A DNA stretch of 64,000 bases from Chamaesiphon sp. (GTDB lineage Bacteria; Cyanobacteriota; Cyanobacteriia; Cyanobacteriales; Chamaesiphonaceae), in assembly GCA_965246715.1 (NCBI GenBank), contig CBDFFH010000034.1:92316-156315 (forward strand), in the 5' to 3' direction. Position 1 is the stretch's first letter. Each line of letters starts with the position of its first letter. The notes beneath the pieces are model-generated. The model did not search any database. It was not told the origin of the DNA and worked only from the letters and a program-made list of their open reading frames with translations. Made by a program: the position numbers and the translations under genes. This document shows, piece by piece, positions 9,677 through 19,257 of this stretch.

Positions 9677-11341
9677 ATGAGTGACGACTTTTCTGCTGAG
9701 ATCTATGATGCGATCGTCGTCGGATCGGGTGCTAATGGGGGCGTGGCGGCCAAAGAACTCGGCGAACGTGGTTTGAAAGTCCTCGTGCTAGAGGCAGGGC
9801 GAGCGGTCGATCCCCAGGCCGCTCTGGGGCATCCGGTGCAGGATATGGCAAAGCGGTTTTATAACTTGGCGATCTCCCAGCGGCAGTCATATCAAGCGAT
9901 GCACCCCGGTTATTGGAAAAATAATCCAGATTTGTTTATTGATGAGAAAGACAATCCCTATACTACACCACCCGATCGACCCTTCTCGTGGATTCGCGGT
10001 CGTCAAGTCGGGGGCAAAAGTCTGACTTGGGGCGGGATTACATTGCGCTTGTCGGATTATGAGTTCAAAGCGGCTAGTCGCGATGGACACGAGCAAGATT
10101 GGCCGATCGAGTATGCCGATTTAGCCCCTTATTATAGTAAGTTGGAGCGGTTCTTTCAGGTGCGCGGCGATCGCGATGGGTTGGCACAATTGCCCGATGG
10201 GGATTATCAACCGACAATCCCATTGACTCCCGGCGAACTACATCTCAAGCAAGTCGTGGAAACCAAATGGCCCGATCGTAAGTTGATCGCTTCGCGGGGG
10301 TTTGGATTGCATAAATCCACATTAGCAACAGCTTGGCCGTCGTCTTCCAGTCAGGGTTCTTCACTCCATGTCGCGATCGAGACGGGGAATGTTACGCTCA
10401 AATCTGATGCAGTAGTCAGTCGGGTAATTTTCGATCCTGACACCCGCAAAGCTACTGGGGTAGAATATATCGATCGCATTAACAAGACCACCCATCGAGT
10501 ATGCGGGCGTACCATCGTCTTGTGTGCCTCGACTATCGAGTCCGTACGGATTCTGCTCCACTCTACCGAACGTTACCAACCAGGTGGATTAGTTGACAAA
10601 TCGGGGCTACTCGGTCGCTTTTTGATGGATCATGTGTCCACTTCCACCTTCTTTTTTATCCCTGGCTTGCAACCACCCGCCAAACCCTTCGCTCTTTCTG
10701 GTTGCGATAGCTTTTTCATTCCGTGCTTTGTCAATTTAGAGTCCCAAACCGAAGATTTTTTACGCGGCTATGGCATCTGGGGAGGGGTACAACGCTTCGA
10801 TTTACCTGGAATCGTGCGGAAAGTGGGGGCAGGATCGATCGGATTTGCGATCGCGCATGGGGAAGTGTTACCCCGCTTCGACAATCGGATTCAGTTGAGC
10901 GAGGATGTCGTAGACGCATGGGGAATTCCCGTGCCCCATATTGAGTGTGCTTGGTCAGATAACGAACAATCGATGCTAGCACACATGCACGCTCAGATCG
11001 ATGAAACGATCGCTCTAGCTGGCGGTAAACCGATGAAGTTGACGGAGATGTTTCGGATTCCGCTCTTTGGCGAGCTAGTGAGCAAGATGGAACATACGAT
11101 GTCTTTTTCGGCTCCTCCAGGCTATTACATCCACGAAGTTGGCGGGGCGCGAATGGGCACTACGGCCACTAATTCAGTCGTGAACCCGCATAATCAGTGC
11201 TGGGATGCGCCGAATCTATTTGTCACTGATGGTGCCTGTTGGCCCTCTTCTGGATGGCAAAGTCCCACTTTGACGGAGATGGCTGTTACTGCGCGCGCTT
11301 GTGCATTTATCGCTGATGAGATAGGGAAAGGTGGTTGCTAA
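9677..11341 (+). CDS. GMC family oxidoreductase
   Basis: GSGANGG FAD motif; GRQVGGKSLTWG; HEVGGARMG; PTLT. Confidence 0.92.
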   Translation: MSDDFSAEIYDAIVVGSGANGGVAAKELGERGLKVLVLEAGRAVDPQAALGHPVQDMAKRFYNLAISQRQSYQAMHPGYWKNNPDLFIDEKDNPYTTPPDRPFSWIRGRQVGGKSLTWGGITLRLSDYEFKAASRDGHEQDWPIEYADLAPYYSKLERFFQVRGDRDGLAQLPDGDYQPTIPLTPGELHLKQVVETKWPDRKLIASRGFGLHKSTLATAWPSSSSQGSSLHVAIETGNVTLKSDAVVSRVIFDPDTRKATGVEYIDRINKTTHRVCGRTIVLCASTIESVRILLHSTERYQPGGLVDKSGLLGRFLMDHVSTSTFFFIPGLQPPAKPFALSGCDSFFIPCFVNLESQTEDFLRGYGIWGGVQRFDLPGIVRKVGAGSIGFAIAHGEVLPRFDNRIQLSEDVVDAWGIPVPHIECAWSDNEQSMLAHMHAQIDETIALAGGKPMKLTEMFRIPLFGELVSKMEHTMSFSAPPGYYIHEVGGARMGTTATNSVVNPHNQCWDAPNLFVTDGACWPSSGWQSPTLTEMAVTARACAFIADEIGKGGC

Positions 11342-11537
11342 GAAATTGTTAAATAAAGCCAGTTGCTACCAACATTCTAAGTGGTTAAAACGACTACTAG
11401 TGATGCAAACTCCACCTATACCGACTAGGGATATTCAGTCCGCCTCAGCGATTCAAAATTCAAACTGATTCGGATATCTCGCAATTGGTAAAAGCGATCG
11501 AGCCAGCGATCGTTTTTATATCTCTTTCAAGATCCAA

Positions 11538-11601
11538 GGGGCGGGTTTATGCGATCGATTATGAGTATTTCTAAAAATCTCGATCGAACCCACCAATAAC
11601 C
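11538..11601 (+). repeat. REP-like palindrome copy 1
   Basis: GGGGCGGGTTTATGCGATCGATT...CGAACCCACCAATAACC, matches the copy at 12324-12400. Confidence 0.8.
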
Positions 11602-11712
11602 GATCGCATGTTACCATCCACGAATCCTATTAATCGAATCAAACATTATCATCTACATACGATCGAATCCCGTTGGCGTAGCCTACCGAAGGTAATCGAT
11701 ATTTGCTCGCAG

Positions 11713-11778
11713 GGTTGGGTGGGTTCGATCGATCTTTCTGGAGTTTAGCGATGATTATTAGCATAAATCCGCCCCTAC
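11713..11778 (-). repeat. REP-like palindrome copy 2 (inverted)
   Basis: Reverse complement reads GTAGGGGCGGATTTATGC...CGAACCCACCCAACC. Confidence 0.8.
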
Positions 11779-11814
11779 AGATCCCATGACATGAGATCGA
11801 ATCATTTAGGTACG

Positions 11815-12327
11815 ATGAAATACAATCCCGATTTCAATCATCGGCAATCAATCAGACTCACCGGATATGACTATTCGACATCTGGGGCTTATTTTATTAC
11901 GATTTGTACGCACGAACGTGAATATTTATTCGGTGATGTTGTCAATGAAATAATTCAATTAAATACAGTTGGTGATATTGCCAGATCTCATTGGCAGCAA
12001 TTATCACAGCATCACCCAAATATTATTATGGATGAATCGATCGTGATGCCCAATCATCTACATGGGATTATTATTTTAGAATCATCAACAGATAGCACAA
12101 AGTCAATCTCAGAAATCATTCGCGGTTTTAAAACATTCTCAGCTAAGGCAATTAATAAGAAACGTTGTTTACGTAGCGTTCCAGTCTGGCAAAGAAATTA
12201 TTACGATCGCATCATTAGAAGCGAATTAGAACTCGATCGCATCAGGCAATATATTATCTACAATCCCCGAAATTGGGACACAGATAAAAATAATCAAAAT
12301 CAATCCTCCATCCACACAGATCTGTAG
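11815..12327 (+). mobile_element. REP-associated tyrosine transposase (RAYT/TnpA-REP, HUH Y1 family)
   Basis: YFITICT, MPNHLHGII (HUH), WQRNYYDRIIR and YIIYNP motifs; flanked by GTAG REPs; start 11815 or 11791. Confidence 0.92.
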
Positions 12328-12400
12328 GGGCGGGTTTATGCGATCGATTCCGAATAATTCTCAAAATCTTAACCGAACCTGCCCACACACACCAATAACC
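12324..12400 (+). repeat. REP-like palindrome copy 3
   Basis: GTAGGGGCGGGTTTATGCGATCGATT...CGAACCTGCCC...CACCAATAACC. Confidence 0.82.
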
Positions 12401-12505
12401 TAATTGCTATTTATCTCACTATTTAGAACCACGAAGAGTTGACACTTCTAATGAGGCGATCGTAATTTGGCTTGTAACTGCGCTCTAATAACCACGAACC
12501 GTTGC

Positions 12506-13543
12506 TCAATCGCCTTCCTTCAACAGGAAACGGTTGGAAATTGCTTTAAATGACATTCTCCCCATAAGTACGTTGCTGTATGTTTCTTCGATCGATCGAA
12601 TCACAATTCCTTCCCGCTCATTGCTGGTATTGGGGTATTTGCCCTCAGCCAACGCCAATAATGATGTTTGGTTGTGGGCGAATTCCTTGCCAGTTTCTAC
12701 GACTTCCGTAGACGTTAAACCGTTATTTATAATAAATTTATGCGCCGCTGCATGAGCTAAATAACACGCGTTTTCAATATCGTAGATGTTGAAGACAAAC
12801 AGTGAAATTTCTTTTAATCCCAAGCGATTCTTTTGAATTCCAGGGCCACAAATTTCGCCTTGGATGGCAAGGTGAGGCGATTGCCGCAAGATTGCTTCGA
12901 CGCCGTATTTTTCAGCCACCCGCCAGTAATAATTACCACCAGCTTCGAGTGAATAATTGCGTCCGCAAGCATGAAACTCGCCATCGCGCGGATCGATACA
13001 AAATGTGGACGAGGTGCCGTCATATTTCAACGTGATGATGTAAGGCAAACCTTTTAATTCATCGATTACTTCCGGTACGCTCTGAATCCGCATCTCATCG
13101 GTTTTGGGGATAAAGCCAGGAAAGTTTGCCCGAAACCCACCCATGTTTGGCGGTGCGGGTGGCTCGTATTTAACAACACCCAACAGTTCGGTGACATCAT
13201 CGCCAGCACTGGCTGCTGCCATTTTCAATTCCAGTGAATCAATGGGGAGTAGCAACCCTTGAGAAAGTGCGCCGCGTAGTTTCATCGTCCGAATCCGAAA
13301 CTTGTCAGGACGGATGCATTCATCTCCTGATTCAGCAGTTTTCGATCGCCATAAAAAGCGAAATACTTCGATATCTGGCGGTACGGCATCGATTTCGAGG
13401 AAGACACCGAGGCTACCTGGCGCAAATTCACCTTTTTTGACGACACATTGCCAACCGTTAATTCGCGCGAGTTCGATCGCATCGGCATTCGCGATTGGTA
13501 GAATTTCAAGTACCCTCTGGATACTAGCTAATTTCCGTTGCAT
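12506..13543 (-). CDS. ATP-dependent RNA ligase (DRB0094-like, Rnl2-type)
   Basis: N-terminal IANADAIE...GWQCVVKKGEF OB-like domain; KYDG motif I; QGEICGPGIQKN; EREGIV; FKAIS. Confidence 0.9.
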   Translation of the reverse strand: MQRKLASIQRVLEILPIANADAIELARINGWQCVVKKGEFAPGSLGVFLEIDAVPPDIEVFRFLWRSKTAESGDECIRPDKFRIRTMKLRGALSQGLLLPIDSLELKMAAASAGDDVTELLGVVKYEPPAPPNMGGFRANFPGFIPKTDEMRIQSVPEVIDELKGLPYIITLKYDGTSSTFCIDPRDGEFHACGRNYSLEAGGNYYWRVAEKYGVEAILRQSPHLAIQGEICGPGIQKNRLGLKEISLFVFNIYDIENACYLAHAAAHKFIINNGLTSTEVVETGKEFAHNQTSLLALAEGKYPNTSNEREGIVIRSIEETYSNVLMGRMSFKAISNRFLLKEGD

Positions 13544-13705
13544 TGTTCTTGGTGCTAGCTATTTTTGTGATTAGTGTAACTACAGCATCGCTCTTGCTAA
13601 TTCCAGTAACTAAGTTGAGAATCGCCGACGGATCTTTGAAGAGCGGATTAATGTAGACGATTTATGGTAGGATCGCTTCGCCATCACAACCTGTTTGTAG
13701 ATATT

Positions 13706-14851
13706 ATGTCCGTTTCTACGGTATTGCCTGCGCTACTCGTCCTAGCTGATGGGACGACCTACTCTGGTCACTCCTTTGGAGCGATGGGTACGACCATTGG
13801 AGAGGTTGTATTCAATACTGGGATGACTGGCTATCAGGAAGTACTTACCGATCCTAGTTATAGCGGTCAAATCGTCGTGTTTACCTATCCAGAATTAGGT
13901 AATACAGGTGTCAACCCCGATGATGAGGAATCCCAATTCCCCCAAATTAAAGGGGCGATCGCGCGAAATATTTGTTATCGTCCCAGTAACTGGCGATCGA
14001 CGGCTTCTTTACCTAAGTATCTCCAGCATCACAATGTTCCGGGGATCTATGGGATCGATACTCGTGCGCTGACCCGAAAATTGCGATCGAGTGGAGCGAT
14101 GAATGGAGCGATCTCGACTGAAATTCTCGATCCGGCGGAATTACTCAATTTGGTGCGTTCTGCGCCAGATATGACAGGACTGAACCTAGTCGATAATGTC
14201 ACGACGGCGGAAGTCTACGAGTGGTCGGAACCCAGCGAAGCCATGTGGGAATTTAAGCCCGAGTCTAGCTCTACCGAGACATTTACTGTTGTCGCACTAG
14301 ACTTTGGAGTCAAACGCAATATCCTGCGGCGGTTGGCTAGTTATGGGTGTCGAGTCATCGTCGTCCCTGCGGATACCTCAGCTGCAGCAATTCTCAGCCA
14401 CAATCCTGATGGGATCTTCCTTTCTAATGGCCCTGGCGACCCCGCCGCCGTGCTGGGAGGTATTGCGACTACTAAAGAGTTATTGGGCGCTAACAAGCCG
14501 ATTTTTGGCATTTGTATGGGTCATCAAATCCTGGGATTATCCATGGGGGCTGAAACCTTCAAGCTTAAATTCGGTCATCGCGGTTTAAATCAACCCGCAG
14601 GTTTGACCCAGACTGTGGAAATCACTAGTCAAAATCATGGGTTTGCGATTACCGCCGCATCTTTAGGTGCCGATGTCGAGATTACTCATCTCAATTTAAA
14701 CGATCGGACGATCGCGGGGATGCAACATAAAACTCTGCCATGCTTCTCAGTACAGTACCACCCAGAAGCGAGTCCTGGCCCCCATGATGCTGATTATCTG
14801 TTTGCCAGATTTGTCGATCGGATGCGGACGGCTAAAGGTCAGATAGCTTGA
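13706..14851 (+). CDS. carA: carbamoyl-phosphate synthase small subunit
   Basis: [28 protein letters not shown] and [10 protein letters not shown] motifs. Confidence 0.97.
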   Translation: MSVSTVLPALLVLADGTTYSGHSFGAMGTTIGEVVFNTGMTGYQEVLTDPSYSGQIVVFTYPELGNTGVNPDDEESQFPQIKGAIARNICYRPSNWRSTASLPKYLQHHNVPGIYGIDTRALTRKLRSSGAMNGAISTEILDPAELLNLVRSAPDMTGLNLVDNVTTAEVYEWSEPSEAMWEFKPESSSTETFTVVALDFGVKRNILRRLASYGCRVIVVPADTSAAAILSHNPDGIFLSNGPGDPAAVLGGIATTKELLGANKPIFGICMGHQILGLSMGAETFKLKFGHRGLNQPAGLTQTVEITSQNHGFAITAASLGADVEITHLNLNDRTIAGMQHKTLPCFSVQYHPEASPGPHDADYLFARFVDRMRTAKGQIA

Positions 14852-14910
14852 TGAACTGTCGCTCGAATCCTTACTCCCGCTCTCCTAATCCCCCATCCCC
14901 CAAAGTAAAG

Positions 14911-14940
14911 TTGACAAGATCCCCGTAATTTGTGATAAAT
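14911..14940 (+). promoter_or_regulatory. putative promoter upstream of STAS gene
   Basis: TTGACA at 14911, then TGTGATAAAT at 17-nt spacing. Confidence 0.4.
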
Positions 14941-15007
14941 CCAGAGTATCGTTCTAGAGCGATCGCAAACTAAATAATTCATTTAAGCAAAGTTTAAGGA
15001 GGCTATT

Positions 15008-15376
15008 ATCGCTGAACCACTAACCCTAACCGTGAGTCTGCGAGGCACTCGCGAAATAAGAGAAAACTATCAACTCTTCCGCCTCACTGGTCTGATGGAC
15101 GCATTTTCCGAACCAACTTTTAAAAAGGTGATGGATAAATGCGTTGAAGAAGGCCCCAAAAATCTGATTTTGGATCTGTCGAAAATTGATTTTGTCGATA
15201 GTTCTGGACTCGGTGCCTTGGTGCAGCTGGTCAAAAAAGCTCAGGGTGTCGAAGGCACCGTGCAAATTGTCACTAATGCGCGAGTGACACAGACCGTCAA
15301 ACTCGTCCGCCTGGAACAGTTCCTGTCACTGCAAACATCTGTCGATGCTGCTGTCGCCAAAATCGATCCAGCGTAA
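15008..15376 (+). CDS. STAS-domain anti-sigma factor antagonist
   Basis: DFVDSSGLGAL motif; AGGAGG SD points to an in-frame ATC/ATT start (15008/15005) rather than GTG 15032. Confidence 0.88.
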   Translation: MAEPLTLTVSLRGTREIRENYQLFRLTGLMDAFSEPTFKKVMDKCVEEGPKNLILDLSKIDFVDSSGLGALVQLVKKAQGVEGTVQIVTNARVTQTVKLVRLEQFLSLQTSVDAAVAKIDPA

Positions 15377-15583
15377 GTGCTGAGGATGGGTCACGGGTTA
15401 GAGGATGATGAAGATTGGGAATCCGAAGAAAGAGACAACAGATCTCCCCCTCCCCCGCTCTCCCCCTCTTCCTGTCCCCACTCTCCAAAATTAATGTCGA
15501 AATATATGAATTTGTACCAGTTTTGAGAAATATTGATAAAATTAGAAGGCTAAATCAAAGTTTTCTAGTTACTAGCGATCGCT

Positions 15584-16015
15584 GTGGGTGAATCCGAGCT
15601 ACCATCCAGCTGGCAACAGCTCAACCCTCTCATCCCCCCAGATCGAGTGCCGCAACTGTCACCAGCAGCCCTAGCATATTTGGGAGACGCTGTGTACGAA
15701 CTACACGTTCGCAGTAAATTTTTGATGCCGCCCAAGCGATCTCATGTCTATCATCAACAAGTTGTCGCTCAAGTCAGAGCAGAAGCGCAATCTAGCAATT
15801 TGAAACTACTTCTACCACATCTGACATCCGCCGAATTGGATGTATCGCGCCGAGGACGAAATGCAGCGAGTGGTCGTCCGCGTCGCCTCGATCCCGAAAT
15901 TTATCAGCAAGCTACCAGCTTTGAGACTTTAATCGGTTATCTTTACATTACCAATCCCCAACGGCTCGCGCAGTTACTCGCCCTGCTCCAATTCGATCCG
16001 ACTCCATCCTCCTAA
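15584..16015 (+). CDS. mrnC: Mini-ribonuclease III
   Basis: LAYLGDAVYE, RRGRNA and YQQATSFETLIGYLY motifs; upstream of rlmB. Confidence 0.92.
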   Translation: MGESELPSSWQQLNPLIPPDRVPQLSPAALAYLGDAVYELHVRSKFLMPPKRSHVYHQQVVAQVRAEAQSSNLKLLLPHLTSAELDVSRRGRNAASGRPRRLDPEIYQQATSFETLIGYLYITNPQRLAQLLALLQFDPTPSS

Positions 16016-16032
16016 TTTTTTAGCTAACATAT

Positions 16033-17502
16033 ATGACATTTAAACCTCGTCGCTCCGGCGCTGGTAAACCTTCGCCGCGCCAAGGAGATCGAGATCGATC
16101 GGGCAGTGGGGAACGCGATTTTCGCCCCAGCCGCAGTCAAGACAACAGAAGTAGTTTCGACAAACCCAGTCGCCGTGACGATGCACCGCGCCGCAGCGAA
16201 GGTGGAAGTTCGGGTTATCAGGGTCGTGACGATCGCCGTCCGAGTAGTGACAGTAACGGCGAACGCAGCCGTCCGCCTCGGAATACCGATGGCGCAAGGA
16301 ATTTCGATCGCGATCGCAGTTACCGTCCTCACAATGGTGAAGGCGGCGCTAATTTCGACAGACCGAAACCGAGTGTAGGCGATCGGGGTGCAAAACCCCG
16401 CACAGACAAGCCCGATTGGGGTGTGCCTCGTCCTGGTAAGCCTAGTACATTTTCACCGCGTACAGATAGCTATAAGCCCCGCCGAGATGACGCTGGTGGC
16501 GATAGTCGTGGGAGTTATCGACCCGATCGCGGGCGGGATGCTAAGCCTAGTTTCAATCGCGACGATAGTTCATCGTCTTTTGGTAGCAAACGCGACTTTA
16601 ATCGCAGCGACAGACCTGGATTCAATCGCGATGACAAATCTTCATCCTTTGGGGAGCGCCGTTCGGGTACATACGATCGGAATAATCGCGGTGGTTGGCA
16701 AGATCGTCCCGATCCCGAAGTCACCGAGGAAGAAGTCACTGATTATCTGTATGGGAAGCACTCTGTCTTCACCGCGATCGAAAACGAACGCCAAATCAAT
16801 CGGATTTGGGTACTCGCCAAACTCCGTCATCATCCCGCATTTTTTACCCTCATCGCCCAAGCCAAAGCCAATGGTACCGTCGTCGATGAAGTGGATGCCC
16901 AAAGACTGGGATATCTTGCCAATGGGGGCAATCACCAGGGAATCGTCGCACAAGTCGCACCCCATGACTATATCGAACTCGAAGAATTGATCGAGCGCGC
17001 CAAAGCCGCATCTGAATATCCAACGATCGTGGTCTTGGATGGCATCACCGATCCCCAAAATCTCGGATCGATCGTCAGAAGCGCTGAAGCTCTTGGCGCT
17101 CATGGGGTAGTCATTCCCCAACGTCGTGCTGTCGGGATCACCTCCACTGTCTTAAAAGTGGCCGCTGGCGCATTAGAGCATCTGCCCGTCTCGCGGGTCG
17201 TCAACCTCAGCCGAGCTTTATCACAACTTAAAGAAGCTGGATTCTGGATTTATGGCACAACTGCTGAAGCCGAAGTAGCAATCTATAGCGTTGATTTTAC
17301 CGATCGCCGTCCGATCGTCCTCGCGATCGGCTCTGAAGGAGAAGGTCTGAGCTTACTGACGCAGAAGGGTTGCGACCATTTGGTCTCGATCCCCTTGACA
17401 GGTAAAACCCCAAGCCTGAATGCTGCCAATGCCGCATCGATGTGCTTGTATGAAATATCCCGTCAGCGTCTGTCAAATACGTTACGACTATCTGAGCGGT
17501 AA
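16033..17502 (+). CDS. rlmB: 23S rRNA (G2251-2'-O)-methyltransferase RlmB with long low-complexity N-terminus
   Basis: [25 protein letters not shown] and SLNAA SPOUT motifs. Confidence 0.93.
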   Translation: MTFKPRRSGAGKPSPRQGDRDRSGSGERDFRPSRSQDNRSSFDKPSRRDDAPRRSEGGSSGYQGRDDRRPSSDSNGERSRPPRNTDGARNFDRDRSYRPHNGEGGANFDRPKPSVGDRGAKPRTDKPDWGVPRPGKPSTFSPRTDSYKPRRDDAGGDSRGSYRPDRGRDAKPSFNRDDSSSSFGSKRDFNRSDRPGFNRDDKSSSFGERRSGTYDRNNRGGWQDRPDPEVTEEEVTDYLYGKHSVFTAIENERQINRIWVLAKLRHHPAFFTLIAQAKANGTVVDEVDAQRLGYLANGGNHQGIVAQVAPHDYIELEELIERAKAASEYPTIVVLDGITDPQNLGSIVRSAEALGAHGVVIPQRRAVGITSTVLKVAAGALEHLPVSRVVNLSRALSQLKEAGFWIYGTTAEAEVAIYSVDFTDRRPIVLAIGSEGEGLSLLTQKGCDHLVSIPLTGKTPSLNAANAASMCLYEISRQRLSNTLRLSER

Positions 17503-17599
17503 GCAAGTATTTTGGGATTATTTAAGATCTCTGGCTTAATAAATCTTCAATTTCTTCAGTCATTAATCAACCTCTTTGGAATCAGCGGAATCTAAACCA

Positions 17600-17893
17600 A
17601 TGAATATTCAGGATATTTGGAGCAGCGCTCTCCATCTCGTCGGTCAAGCTTGGTGGGTAGAAATTACGACAGAACGACCACACTGCACGTATTATTTTGG
17701 GCCATTCGCGACCGCTGTAGAAGCTGATGAAGCTAAAGCTGGTTATGTTGAGGACTTGGAAGGCGAACTAGCTCAGGGTATCCAAGTAGCAATCAAACGC
17801 TGCAAGCCTACCCAAATCACGATCGAGCATGAAGAAGCAGTTCAAGATAACTACAGTCAAAGCAAAACTTCAATGAGCGGTCAATTAGGTTGA
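17600..17893 (+). CDS. DUF1816 family protein
   Basis: AWWVEITT..PHCTYYFGPF and GYVEDL motifs. Confidence 0.85.
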   Translation: MNIQDIWSSALHLVGQAWWVEITTERPHCTYYFGPFATAVEADEAKAGYVEDLEGELAQGIQVAIKRCKPTQITIEHEEAVQDNYSQSKTSMSGQLG

Positions 17894-17919
17894 GGCAGAA
17901 TCGCAACCCCACCAACTTT

Positions 17920-17947
17920 GTAGAGACACCCGGTGGGTCGTCTCTAC
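17920..17947. repeat. GTAG-type REP-like palindrome
   Basis: GTAGAGAC...GTCTCTAC. Confidence 0.55.
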
Positions 17948-18156
17948 GATTCCTAAAATAACTCTAGTTCGATCCCCGCCTCAACTTGAGTCAATCCCAA
18001 ACCATAGCGCAAGAATAATAACCGATCGGCTGCTATTTATTTTCCGAAATTCGATCGAGCCGCACCTTTTTTCCCTTTGAAAATAGGATACGAGCGCGGA
18101 AAGTCGTCATCGAGCCTCTCCTGATATCAGTAGCACCCATACCTAAACCACACACA

Positions 18157-19113
18157 CTAGTCATAGGTTTGCTCATTTACTTCAGTAACATTGAAGAGTG
18201 GTGGAGAATCGCTTCTAGTTCTAAATTTTCGGGTGAACTTTTTATTGTCCGTTCCGATCGTGAAAGACCGATCGGCAAGTTGATAGTTGACTGGTGACTT
18301 ATCGATTCTGGCTCCAACAATACTAACAACTTGCGGTTGAAGTTTTAGCAATGTCTGAATTGGAATCCCTAAATTAAATCCTGTTTTCGGGGGATTTTCC
18401 CCATTAATAGTTTCTGTCTCTGAAGCTCGATTGTCGAGATCGCCTCGTCCGTGAATAGCTACAATTCTACCAGCCGCATCCATGACAGGACCACCACTCA
18501 TTCCTGCTCTAGTGATATTGGTGTAATACATCTCATAACCATCGTCCGCTATTTGAGGATTACCATTACTTGATTCTAATCTTGAAGAAACCATCCCACC
18601 AGTAAATTGGAACGCAATTCTCGTAATTGCCATACCAGGTTTAGGGAAACCAGCAACATAGACAGGGCTGCCTTCATCTGCATATTCTGAGTTCCCAAGC
18701 GTCCCAACCTGAAAAGTATCACTACTTTCAAAGAAAATTTCTGCTAGATCGACACTGGGAATTATTTTAATATTTTTGCTTTCTACATTAATTGAAATCC
18801 TTTTTCTTTCGCCCGAACTATTAATCGGGATCGGTGTAATAATCTTATAATTAGTATCGTCTCTGATAACATGTGCTGCGGTCAAGACTGTATAAACATT
18901 CTTGCGTCCGCGTTCGACCCGACCGATAATTACACCAGAACCAAAACCTCCTTCGGCTGATTCAATTCTGACTACAGTTTTTTTGGCGATCGAGCCGACT
19001 TCTCTTGCCAAAATTGCTCTAGCTTCCCGACGGGCAGCATCAGATTGAGGCGGAGCGATTAGTACGGTAGTAATTGTCAAACAAATGGGGATGAAATAAC
19101 GGTTGAAGAACAT
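18157..19113 (-). CDS. trypsin-like serine protease (exported)
   Basis: GSGVII, LTAAHV (His), DLA (Asp), GMSGGPV (Ser); signal-like N-terminus from ATG 19113. Confidence 0.88.
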   Translation of the reverse strand: MFFNRYFIPICLTITTVLIAPPQSDAARREARAILAREVGSIAKKTVVRIESAEGGFGSGVIIGRVERGRKNVYTVLTAAHVIRDDTNYKIITPIPINSSGERKRISINVESKNIKIIPSVDLAEIFFESSDTFQVGTLGNSEYADEGSPVYVAGFPKPGMAITRIAFQFTGGMVSSRLESSNGNPQIADDGYEMYYTNITRAGMSGGPVMDAAGRIVAIHGRGDLDNRASETETINGENPPKTGFNLGIPIQTLLKLQPQVVSIVGARIDKSPVNYQLADRSFTIGTDNKKFTRKFRTRSDSPPLFNVTEVNEQTYD

Positions 19114-19257
19114 AAATGATAAATGATAGATAGATGATTTAAGTTGACTGTTGCCGATCGCGATCTGGACAGACAAGTCGAGATCTACTCATACAGTTGG
19201 ACTTTGATATTTTCCAGAATCTAAGCATTAGACAAGGCAAAAACGATCGACTCGGTG

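Noticed and set aside
11538..12400. REP cluster as a CRISPR array
   Set aside because: Copies are in mixed orientation, irregularly spaced and have no cas genes; no CRISPR array was seen anywhere in the window
14870..15490. C-rich low-complexity tracts flanking the STAS gene (14870-14905, 15440-15490)
   Set aside because: Degenerate STRR-like sequence without a clear unit; common in cyanobacteria
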